Positions 20,310-28,887 of a DNA stretch of 64,000 nucleotides are shown here, one piece after another. The translations under genes were made by a program, and so were the position numbers. Under the pieces are notes generated by a model that saw nothing but the letters and a program-made list of their open reading frames with translations, had not been told where the DNA came from and did no database searches. Location of the stretch: positions 224,001-288,000 of the forward strand of contig CAWBMV010000001.1 in NCBI GenBank assembly GCA_963789955.1. Reading direction: 5' to 3'. Origin of the DNA: an uncultured Candidatus Rokubacteria bacterium (lineage in GTDB: Bacteria; Methylomirabilota; Methylomirabilia; Rokubacteriales; CSP1-6). How positions within the stretch are numbered: position 1 is the stretch's first letter; each line of letters opens with the position of its first letter.

Positions 20310-21645
20310 CGCCTCCGACCCTCTCGAGCCAGGCACGCACGCGCGCGCGAACGAACGGAGCCTTGAACGGCTTGGTCAGGTAGTCGGTGACGCCCGCGGC
20401 GAAGCCCTCTTGCGTCTTCGCGGCGCCGGCCTCGGCGGTGATCAGCACGATCGGTACGTCGCGAAAGTAGGGATCGCTCTCGGCGCGGAGCGCGCGCGTG
20501 ACGTCGGTGCCGTCGAGCCCGGGCATGAGCCAGTCGAGCAGGATCAGCGACGGGCGCACGGAGCGCGCGATGCGGAGCGCAGTCTCGCCATCGGTGGCCG
20601 TGTACAGGCGAAACGCGTCGGAACGCAACGTCGTCTTCAGGAGTTCCAGGATCACCGGATCGTCGTCCGCGATCAGCACGACGTGAGCCGGTGTCGATCG
20701 CGACACGGTAGACGCCGCGGCGCGACGTCGGGGCCGCGGTGCGCGAGTCTCGCGGCGCGTCAGCTCGATGATCTGGCCTTCGGCGGCGGCGAAGACGTCG
20801 AGCGTGCCTCCGGCCCGCCGGACGCGCTCGCGGCAGACCTCGACCAACTGGTCGACGGCGTCGTCATCGCGGAGCGGATCGTGGTGGGTGAGCGCGAGCC
20901 GACGCACGTGCGCGGCGAGGGCGTAGTCCACCGCGGTCTCGGCGGGCGAGTGACCCCAGTTGACCTTCTCTGGATATTCCGCGGCCGTGTACTGCGCGTC
21001 GTGGATCACGAGATCGGCGCCCTCGAGGAACGCGACATGCCGCGCATCCTCGGCGTGCAGGGCGATCGCGTCCGCCGAGGCGATGCCGCCGCCGTCGGGC
21101 CGGTCGCGCATGTGCGGCTCGTGGTCCACCGCGTAGACGACGGCCGCGCCGTCGGCCTCGAGCCGGTAGCCGAGCGTGAGCGCCGGATGATTCAAGTACT
21201 GGGCGACGACTCGCACGCCGCCGACGGTCAGCGCCCCCTCGACGAGATCGCTATAGCGGATCGTCGCCGACAGCTGCTTGAGCGTGATCGGGAAGTACGG
21301 ATGCTGCATCTGCGCCGACAGGACGGCTTCGAGCCGCTCGCCGAGCCCGCCCGGCGCATAGAGATCCCATTCGCTGCCCACGGTGAAGACCGGGGCGAAG
21401 AAGGGAAAGCCCTGGATGTGATCCCAGTGCGTATGGGTGATCATGAGGTGGCCGCGCACGGGCTGCTGGGCCTCGGCCATCAGCGCCTGCCCGAGACGAT
21501 GAGCCCCGGTGCCACAGTCGAGGACGATCAGGGTTCCGTCGTTGGACCGCGTCTCGACGCAGGACGTATTGCCGCCATAGCGCAAGGTTGTCGGTCCTGG
21601 GGTCGCCAGTGACCCGCGCGTGCCCCAGAAGCGAATACGCATCAT
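20290..21645 (-). CDS. MBL-fold metallohydrolase with C-terminal response-regulator receiver domain
   Basis: FWGTRGS, YGGNTSC, THTHWDHIQG, HDAQY, WGHS, HHDP; REC motifs DDD, LLDWLMP, KPF. Confidence 0.9.
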   Translation of the reverse strand: MMRIRFWGTRGSLATPGPTTLRYGGNTSCVETRSNDGTLIVLDCGTGAHRLGQALMAEAQQPVRGHLMITHTHWDHIQGFPFFAPVFTVGSEWDLYAPGGLGERLEAVLSAQMQHPYFPITLKQLSATIRYSDLVEGALTVGGVRVVAQYLNHPALTLGYRLEADGAAVVYAVDHEPHMRDRPDGGGIASADAIALHAEDARHVAFLEGADLVIHDAQYTAAEYPEKVNWGHSPAETAVDYALAAHVRRLALTHHDPLRDDDAVDQLVEVCRERVRRAGGTLDVFAAAEGQIIELTRRETRAPRPRRRAAASTVSRSTPAHVVLIADDDPVILELLKTTLRSDAFRLYTATDGETALRIARSVRPSLILLDWLMPGLDGTDVTRALRAESDPYFRDVPIVLITAEAGAAKTQEGFAAGVTDYLTKPFKAPFVRARVRAWLERVGGDADPGQ

Positions 21646-21664
21646 CGTCTCCCAGTGCGGATCG

Positions 21665-22615
21665 CTACAGATCCCGCGCCGCCGGCAGACCCGGCAGCGA
21701 TGTCGCCGCGCGCACGCCACGGACGATCGCGTCGGCGACCGCCTCCGCCGCCGCGAGGCCCAGCCGCGTGATGTCGGCGGGCACGGTGCCGACGGAGAGC
21801 GCGAAGAGCGTATCGCCGTCAAAGGCGGTGTGCGGCGGCGACAGCGCGCGCGCAAAGCCGAGCATTCCGAGCGACGCGAGCTTCGCGGCTTCCGGCTTGC
21901 TCAGGCGGGCGTTTGTGGCGATGACACCGATCGTCGTGTGCTCGGGCGCAGCGAACCGCTCGAGGACGCGGCCGCCGGCCAGAGCGCTCGCCGAATCGAC
22001 GAGCCTGAGGCTTTCTGGCGATTCGCGGGCGCCGGCGATCAGCGCGCCCGTACCGGGATCGCGCACGTCGCCGACCGCGTTCACGACCACGATCGCCCCC
22101 ACCACGACGTCGCCGAGCCGTCGCGAGGCGCTGCCGAGCCCGCCGCGCATCGCCCGGGCGATGCGGTACACCTTGCCGACGGTCGCGCCCGTGCCGGCTC
22201 CCACATTGCCCTCGGCCACGGGGCCGGGCGCGGCGCTCGCGGCGGCCTCGGCACCCATCTCGCGAGTCGGGCGCGCGCGGCCGCCGCCCACGTTGAGATC
22301 GAAGATGAACGCGCCCGGGACGTGCGGCACGACGGTCGGCCCGGCCGCGAAGCCGCGGCCCTGCGCCTCGAGCCAGCGCATCACGCCCCAGATCGCTTCG
22401 CCGCCGAATCGGCTGCCTCCGCCCAGCACGACGCCCTCTACGGTCGGCACGAGGTGACGAGGATCGAGATAGTCGAGCCCGACGACGTCGTTGGCGCCGC
22501 CGCGCAGCTCGGCACCGGCGACGGCGGGACGATCGCAGAGCACCACGGTGACGCCGGTGAGTCCCGTGAGATCGGTCGCGTGGCCGACGCGGATCCCGGG
22601 GACGTCGGTGATCAG
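21665..22615 (-). CDS. P1/S58 family peptidase (DmpA-like)
   Basis: ITDVPGIRVGH, TGVTV, GNVGAGTG, VNAVGD, TTIGVIATNA, HT.FDGD; only a CTG is available as start. Confidence 0.85.
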   Translation of the reverse strand: MITDVPGIRVGHATDLTGLTGVTVVLCDRPAVAGAELRGGANDVVGLDYLDPRHLVPTVEGVVLGGGSRFGGEAIWGVMRWLEAQGRGFAAGPTVVPHVPGAFIFDLNVGGGRARPTREMGAEAAASAAPGPVAEGNVGAGTGATVGKVYRIARAMRGGLGSASRRLGDVVVGAIVVVNAVGDVRDPGTGALIAGARESPESLRLVDSASALAGGRVLERFAAPEHTTIGVIATNARLSKPEAAKLASLGMLGFARALSPPHTAFDGDTLFALSVGTVPADITRLGLAAAEAVADAIVRGVRAATSLPGLPAARDL

Positions 22616-23658
22616 GGTTTGCGGCTCACGTCGGCGGCCCGGAGGCGGCCGGCGGCGACTTCGCCCGCCAGCTCGAGCGCGCGCTGCGCGAGCGCCCGCG
22701 CGAGCGGGTGATGCACGAGCGAACCCTGGTCGTCGGTGAATGCCGCGGCCGCGGCCGCCGCGATCGCCGCGTGCTCGCTCCGGTCGATCGCGCCGAAGAT
22801 CCACGCCATCTCGGCGAAGCGACGGCCCCAGCGGCGCCGCGCCTCGGGCGAGAACTCGCGCTCGATCACGCGCGCCAGAATCGCCTCCTGGCGCTCGGCC
22901 TTGATCTGGTCGGAAACCACGAGCCGGCTCTCGCGCGCCTCCTGAACTTCGAGGGCGTCGCTCTGGACCGTCTCGGGATCGAGGAACCAGCCGGCCATCT
23001 CGGGGAGCCCGAGCAGCTCGACCGAGCGATCGGCGAGGGCCGGATCGGCGGCCGGCAGGGACGGCGGCCCGGCCGGCGCGACGTCCGCGAAGAACGGCTG
23101 CCAGCGCCCGAACGTGGCCGGCGGCGACGTGCCACGCTCGCGATGCAGCTCGAGCGCTTCGACCACAAGGCCCAGGGCGCGCGTCGGCTCGGTCTCGACC
23201 CACGGAAGCTTCTGGGCCGCGCGCAGGGAGGCCAGCTCCGCCTCGAGCCGCCGCTTGGTGATGTCGCCACCGGCCACCTCGGCGATGCCGACGACGTCGT
23301 TGACGATCAGCGAGCAGAGCGCCCCGCCCCCGTAGGCGCCCTCGAACAGGATCCACGCGGCGCGAGATCCGCTGCCGTCGATGCCCGAGAGCCAGGCGCG
23401 CACGGCGTGCGGCGTGCCGCGACGAACCACGGGTGCCGTCGGCGGCGTCGGCGCGGGTACGACGCCGCGCTGTGAGAGCCGGTAGAGCGCCCGCTTCGCG
23501 GCGCGGCGCACGACGCGGTCCGCGGCGCGCTCGGCGAGTCCGCCCAGCGCCGGGAGGGCGCCGGCGCCGTGCTCGTTGGCGAACGCGCGCAGCTTCTCGT
23601 CGAGGGCCGCCTCGGACAGGCCGCGCAGCGACGCCGCGTCGAGGCTCGGGTCGCTCAT
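22612..23658 (-). CDS. Hypothetical protein
   Basis: AAKRALYRL, IDGSGSR; ATG at 23658 overlaps a TGA in the alternate frame. Confidence 0.7.
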   Translation of the reverse strand: MSDPSLDAASLRGLSEAALDEKLRAFANEHGAGALPALGGLAERAADRVVRRAAKRALYRLSQRGVVPAPTPPTAPVVRRGTPHAVRAWLSGIDGSGSRAAWILFEGAYGGGALCSLIVNDVVGIAEVAGGDITKRRLEAELASLRAAQKLPWVETEPTRALGLVVEALELHRERGTSPPATFGRWQPFFADVAPAGPPSLPAADPALADRSVELLGLPEMAGWFLDPETVQSDALEVQEARESRLVVSDQIKAERQEAILARVIEREFSPEARRRWGRRFAEMAWIFGAIDRSEHAAIAAAAAAAFTDDQGSLVHHPLARALAQRALELAGEVAAGRLRAADVSRKP

Positions 23659-24177
23659 CCGAATCGCAGCTGGAAGAACGGATGCGTCGGGTGATCGACC
23701 GAAATAGACGCGGCGCGTGTAGTCGAGGGCGCCCGCGTAGCCTTCGAACCGGTCGGCGAGGCGCCGAAAGAGCGGTGCCGCGGCCGCGGCTTCTGCGCGC
23801 GAGGTTGCCCGGCCGTGCTCGGACACGAAATGGTAGGCGCGCTTGCCCTGGCCGACGTAGTAGTCGACCGACGCGGTGCGCTCCACGCGTTCCCGAAAGA
23901 TACCGGTCATGAACAGCGTGAAGTCGCCGATGTGCTGGGACACCGTGACCTCGTGCTCGGGCTGGAAGTAGGACCCGTCCCAGGCGGTGCCGGCTTCGAG
24001 GAGCATCTCGACGACGGTCTCGAGCCGCGGGATCGTCGTGCCACGCGGATAGAGGTTCTCGGTCCGTGCAAAGCGGGTCAGCAGATCGGCGAGGTACGGC
24101 GAGGCCGGGTCGTTGCCGATGGACAGGTCGTGGAAGCTCGCTCGAATCGCCCGCTCGAAGAAGGCGCGAAGCTCCAC
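23655..24177 (-). CDS. Conserved hypothetical protein (probable extra base near 23700 fuses it to the next gene)
   Basis: YLADLL..F, HIGDFTLFMTGIF, YY...GKRAY; the shifted frame ends HPTHPFFQLRFG*. Confidence 0.65.
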
Positions 24178-24184
24178 AGCTCGG

Positions 24185-24214
24185 ATGATAGCAAATTCTG
24201 AATTTTGCTAGAAT
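24185..24214. promoter_or_regulatory. Back-to-back extended -10 promoters
   Basis: TGcTATCAT on the minus strand and TGcTAGAAT on the plus strand, within an imperfect palindrome TAGCAAATTC/GAATTTTGCTA. Confidence 0.55.
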
Positions 24215-24222
24215 TCGAGCCC

Positions 24223-24534
24223 GTGGCCGATCGCCCGAACGCACGGATCCCCTGGTTCCTCGTCGCCGCGAGCGTGGTCCTGCTCTTGCTCGTTCTGTAC
24301 GTGCTGTTCGTCGGCTACGTGCCGTCGAAGCAGCGTGTCGCCGGTCTCGAGGCCGAGCTGAAGGACCTCTACAAGCGCGAGGCGGAGCTCCAGACGCGGA
24401 TCGCCCAGCAGGATCAGCGGTACGCCCTCCGCGAGCGCCAGATTTCCGCGCTGACGAGCGAACGCGACACGCTGATCCGTCGCCTGGAGGAGCTCGAGAA
24501 GCTCCTGGCCGCCGCTCGCAAGCAAGCCCGCTGA
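24223..24534 (+). CDS. Single-TM coiled-coil protein
   Basis: N-terminal TM followed by heptad-rich helix. Confidence 0.7.
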   Translation: MADRPNARIPWFLVAASVVLLLLVLYVLFVGYVPSKQRVAGLEAELKDLYKREAELQTRIAQQDQRYALRERQISALTSERDTLIRRLEELEKLLAAARKQAR

Positions 24535-24598
24535 GCCGCCTAGGACTCTAGGCCAGGTCGCATACTACTTTTCGGTAGTTTCGGGGTTCACGCTATCG

Positions 24599-25063
24599 TG
24601 CGGCGCGCATCCCGACCGGCCGCTGGCGTGCCGCATCTACCCGCTCGCGCGCTGGGTCGATCCCGACGGCCACGAGGGCTTCGGCCATCTGGAGCCGCAT
24701 CCCCAGACGGCCGGCGTCTACGGCGACAAGGGCACCGTTGCCGACTACCTCGCGGCGCAGGGACTGGCCCCGTACTTCGCGATGGGCGATCGCTACGGCA
24801 CCGTGTACGAGCGCATGGTCGACTTGCTGGAGCGCATGGCGCCCGGCGAGAACGAGCGGCGCGCCGAGCGGCGAGCCGAGGTCGACGAGATGGATGCGGG
24901 CGCCGTCGCGACGTCGTTCTTCGACGTCGACGCGACCGTCGCCGACTACTGTCGCGCCCGGAATCTCGCCGTGCCGACGGAGATCGACGCGCTCATCGAC
25001 CTGCACCTGAAGGCCCTCGGCGCATGGCTCGACGAGCTGGAGTCTCGCCTCCCGCCGGGTTAG
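24599..25063 (+). pseudogene. 5'-truncated YkgJ-family cysteine-cluster protein
   Basis: CGAHPDRPLACRIYPL motif; no start codon and no CxxCxxCC N-terminus upstream. Confidence 0.65.
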
Positions 25064-26133
25064 AGCAGCGACAGGAGCTTTTCGTTCGTCTCGCGCAGCC
25101 CGACCGAGAAGCGCAGGTGGCCGGGGAAGCCGATGCCGGCGCCGTCGCGAACCAGGATGCCCGACCGCATCAGGCGCGTGCGGAGGCCCGGAGCGTCCGG
25201 CACGGCGACCAGCAAGAAGTTCGCGTGCGAGGGCGGGAACGCGTACCCGCGCTTGGTCAGCTCCGCGCTGAGATAGGCGCGCTCCTCGAGCACCAGCTGC
25301 TTCGTGTTCTCGGTATGCGCGTGGTCTTCGAGGGCCGCCAGCGCCGCGACCTGGCCGAGCCGGTTCACGTTGTAGGGGGCCCGGACGCGGTTGAAGCGGT
25401 CGATCGTCTCGGCGTTCGCGACCGCGTACCCCACCCGCAGCCCGGCGAGCCCCGCGATCTTCGAGAAGGTGCGGAGCACCACCAGTCGCGGGTAGCGCTC
25501 GAGGAGCCGGATGCCGTCGGCGTGATCGCTGTCGTCGCAGAAATCGATGTACGCCTGGTCGAGGACGACCAGCGGCGAGTCTGAGCCCAGCGCGTCGAGG
25601 AACGCCAGCAGAGGGCCCCGGCGGATGATGGTCGTCGCCGGATTGTGCGGCGAGCAGAGCATCACCGCCTTTGTGCGGTCGTTGACCCGGCGGAGCACGT
25701 CGTCAAGATCCACGTCGTACCCGACCAGGGGGCTCGCGACCACACGGGCGCCGGCCAGCCGCGCCGAGATCTCGTAGGGCTCGAAGGAGGGCGTGGGGAC
25801 GACCACTTCGTCGCCGGGCTCGAACGCCGCCGTGGCGATGAGCGCGATCAGCTCGTCGGCGCCATTACCGACGACAATCTGGTTCGGGGCGATCCCATGG
25901 CTTCGCCCGAGCGCCTCACGCAGGGCGCTCGATCCGCCGTCGGGATAGAGGTGGATCCGGGCCGCCTCGTGCTCGACGGCGGCCACCGCCCGCGGGGAGG
26001 GGCCGAGTGGATTTTCGTTGGCCGAGAGCCGAACCAGGTCGGACCGCCCGAGCTCCCGGGCGAGCGCCTCCAGGGGCAGGCCCGCGTCGTACGGAATGAG
26101 GCCGTCGAGGACGGAGCGCCAGAGCCGTCTCAT
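25060..26133 (-). CDS. hisC: Histidinol-phosphate aminotransferase
   Basis: LSANENPLG, YPD, GNGADE, PHNP, RTFSKIAGLAGLRVGY. Confidence 0.92.
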   Translation of the reverse strand: MRRLWRSVLDGLIPYDAGLPLEALARELGRSDLVRLSANENPLGPSPRAVAAVEHEAARIHLYPDGGSSALREALGRSHGIAPNQIVVGNGADELIALIATAAFEPGDEVVVPTPSFEPYEISARLAGARVVASPLVGYDVDLDDVLRRVNDRTKAVMLCSPHNPATTIIRRGPLLAFLDALGSDSPLVVLDQAYIDFCDDSDHADGIRLLERYPRLVVLRTFSKIAGLAGLRVGYAVANAETIDRFNRVRAPYNVNRLGQVAALAALEDHAHTENTKQLVLEERAYLSAELTKRGYAFPPSHANFLLVAVPDAPGLRTRLMRSGILVRDGAGIGFPGHLRFSVGLRETNEKLLSLL

Positions 26134-26162
26134 CCGCTCATTCTAGTAAGTCTGCGCCGCAT

Positions 26163-26192
26163 TTGACAGTCTTCCCACCGCGTTGCTACGCT
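26163..26192 (+). promoter_or_regulatory. Sigma70-type promoter of glnD
   Basis: TTGACA-N18-TACGCT with an extended TG. Confidence 0.6.
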
Positions 26193-26200
26193 CGTCTGTC

Positions 26201-28885
26201 ATGTCCGTCGAGCTGTTTCGCCGGGCCCGGCGTGCCGAAGCAAGGGCCGAACGCGCCGAAGACCGGCGTCGCCTTCGGCTCGACTTCTTCCGTCAGGCGC
26301 TCGCGCAGGGATTCGACTCCCTGAAGGTGAGGCACGCCGAGGGCGCGTCCGGGCAGGAATCAGTCCGCACGCACGCCCGACTGATGGACGATGTCATCTT
26401 CTCGCTGACCCGGCTCATCGCGGACGACGCCGACCGAGCCGGACTCGCGCCGACCGCCCTCGTCGTCACCGCGCTCGGCGGCTACGGCCGGGGCGAGCTC
26501 CATCCGCTGTCCGACATCGATCTGATGGTGGTCTATGACGGCGCCGAGCTCGCGCCGTACGTGCAGCGCATGATGCAAGAGCTTCTCTACTCGCTGTGGG
26601 ACCTCGGGCTCCAGGTCGGTCACAGCCTGCGCTCGCTCGACGACTGCGTGGCGATGGCGCGGACGGACTTCCCGAGCCGCACCTCGATGCAGGAGGCGCG
26701 GTTCCTGGCCGGCGACCGGCGGCTCTTCGGTCGGTTCCGCAAGGTGCTGCGCGAGAACGTCTACCGGCGCGACTTCGCCCAGTTCCTGGAGACGACCCTG
26801 ACCGAGCGGGACCAGCGCTACCGCCGTTACGGCGCCTCGCCCTACATCGGCGAGCCGAACGTGAAGGAGTCGGCGGGCGGGCTGCGCGACGTCCACACCG
26901 CCATGTGGCTCGGCGCCGCCAAGTTCGGCGCGCGCACGTTGCGCGAGCTCAGCGACAAGGGGCTCATCACGCCGCGCGAGCAGGCATCGACCGACGCGGC
27001 CCTGACCTTCCTCTGGCGCGTGCGCAACGAGCTCCACTTCTTCTCGGGCCACAAGAACGACGTGCTGTCGCGCGATCTGCAGCCGCGCATCGCGAAGAAT
27101 CTCGGCTACGAGAACGACGAGACCTCGCTCGGCGTCGAGCGCTTCATGCGCGACTACTACCTGCACGCGCGCGCGATCCACCGCGTCTCGCGCCGGCTGA
27201 TCGCGCGCTGCCAGGAGACGTTGTCGCGGCGCGGCTCGGCGGGCCGGCGCCAGCGGCAGCAGGCGCTGGCCGATGGGCTCGTGTTCTTCGATGGCCAGCT
27301 CCATCTGGCCGATCGGGATTCCGGCCCGCTGCGCGCCGAGCCCACGCGACTCATGAAAGTCTTCTGGCACTTGCACCGGCTCGGCTGCGAGCTGTCGCTC
27401 GACCTCGAGCGCGCGCTCGAGGATTCGCTGTATCTGGTGGACGGCTCGTTCCAGCGATCGATCGCCGTACGCGATCTGTTCCTCGACATCTGCCGGACGT
27501 GGGGACGCGTGGCGCAGACGTTCAGGGAGATGCACGAGCTCGGGCTGCTGGGACGATTCCTGCCGGAGTTCGGCGCGCTGACGTGCCTCGTGCAGTACGA
27601 CGTCTACCACAAGTTCTCGGTCGACCAGCACTCGCTCCTCGCCGTCGAGCACCTCGAGGCGCTGGCCCCCGGCCAGTCCGCCGAGTCGGAAGGCGCCGCG
27701 CAGGTGCTGAGCGAGGTCGAGAAGCCCGAGCTCCTCATGCTCGGGATGCTGCTGCACGACGTCGGCAAGGCCCGGGGACACGGGCACGTCGCGAAGGGGA
27801 TCCCGCTGATCCGCGAGCTCGTCACGCGCCTCGAGCTCGACCCCGAGGACGGCGCGCTGGTCGAGTTCCTGGTGGCGCACCACCTGACGATGTCGCACAT
27901 CGCCCAGCGCCGCGACATCGACGATCCGAAGACGATCGCCGACTTCGCGGCGACGGTCGGCGATCCGCAGCGCCTGCGGATGCTCTACCTGCTCACGTGG
28001 GCCGACATGCGCGCGGTCGGGCCCGGCGTCCTCACCCCGTGGCAGGCGACGATCCTGCACGAGCTCTACACGCGCAGCGCTCGCCCGGCTCACCGGCGGG
28101 CGGCAGCGAGCGTCCGAGCCGGACGCAGCTCGCCGAGCGGCTGCGGCTGGCGGTCGGCGACGATCTCTCGGCGCAGGCGGTGAAGGCGCACCTGGCGATG
28201 ATGTCCGAGCGGTATCTCGCCACGACCGGCGTGCAGCGGATGGCCGAGCACCTGAGCATGCTCCAGCAGCTCGACAGCACCTCGGTGGTGACGGAGCTGT
28301 TCCATCATCCGGATCTCGGCTCGTCCGACCTGGTCGTGGTCACGCGCGATCTGCCGGGACTCTTCTCGCTGATCGCCGGCACGCTCGCCTCGCAGGGCGT
28401 GAACATCATCTCCGCCCAGATCCACACGCGCGGCGACGGGATCGCGATCGACACCTTCCAGGTCAACGACCCGAGCGGCGATGCGGTGACGTCGCCGGCG
28501 TACTGGGGTCGCACGCTGGACGCGCTTGCGAATGGTGCTGACGGGCGACGCTCAGGTCGCGGCCTTGCTCGAGAAGCGGCGCGCCGCCGGGCGGGCCGCC
28601 GCCGGGGCCGAGGGCTCCGTCAAGATCACCCTCGACAATCACCTCTCCGACGACTACACCGTGCTCGAGGTGAAGTGTCCCGACCGCCTGGGCCTGCTGT
28701 ATCTGGTGACGAAGACGCTCGCCGGATTCGGCCTGGACATCGCGACGGCGCGGATCGCGACCGAGATCGATCACGCGGTCGACACGTTCTACGTCCACGA
28801 CGGCCAGGGCCGCAAGGTCGAGGACGCCGACGCGCTCGGACGCGTTCGCGAAGCGCTCGAGCAGGCGCTCGTTCAGCCGATCTGA
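26201..28885 (+). CDS. glnD: [Protein-PII] uridylyltransferase (frameshifts near 28075 and 28527)
   Basis: GGYGRGEL.P.SDIDL, EPNVKES.GGLRD, HKFSVDQH, LLHDVGK, two ACT domains spread over three frames. Confidence 0.93.
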
Positions 28886-28887
28886 CG

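Noticed and set aside
22612..24177. 521-aa ORF as a genuine fusion protein
   Set aside because: Removing one base near 23700 gives a natural end (HPTHPFFQLRFG-TGA) overlapping the ATG at 23658, so these are probably two genes.
24189..24210. CIRCE element
   Set aside because: Does not match TTAGCACTC-N9-GAGTGCTAA; better explained by back-to-back -10 boxes.
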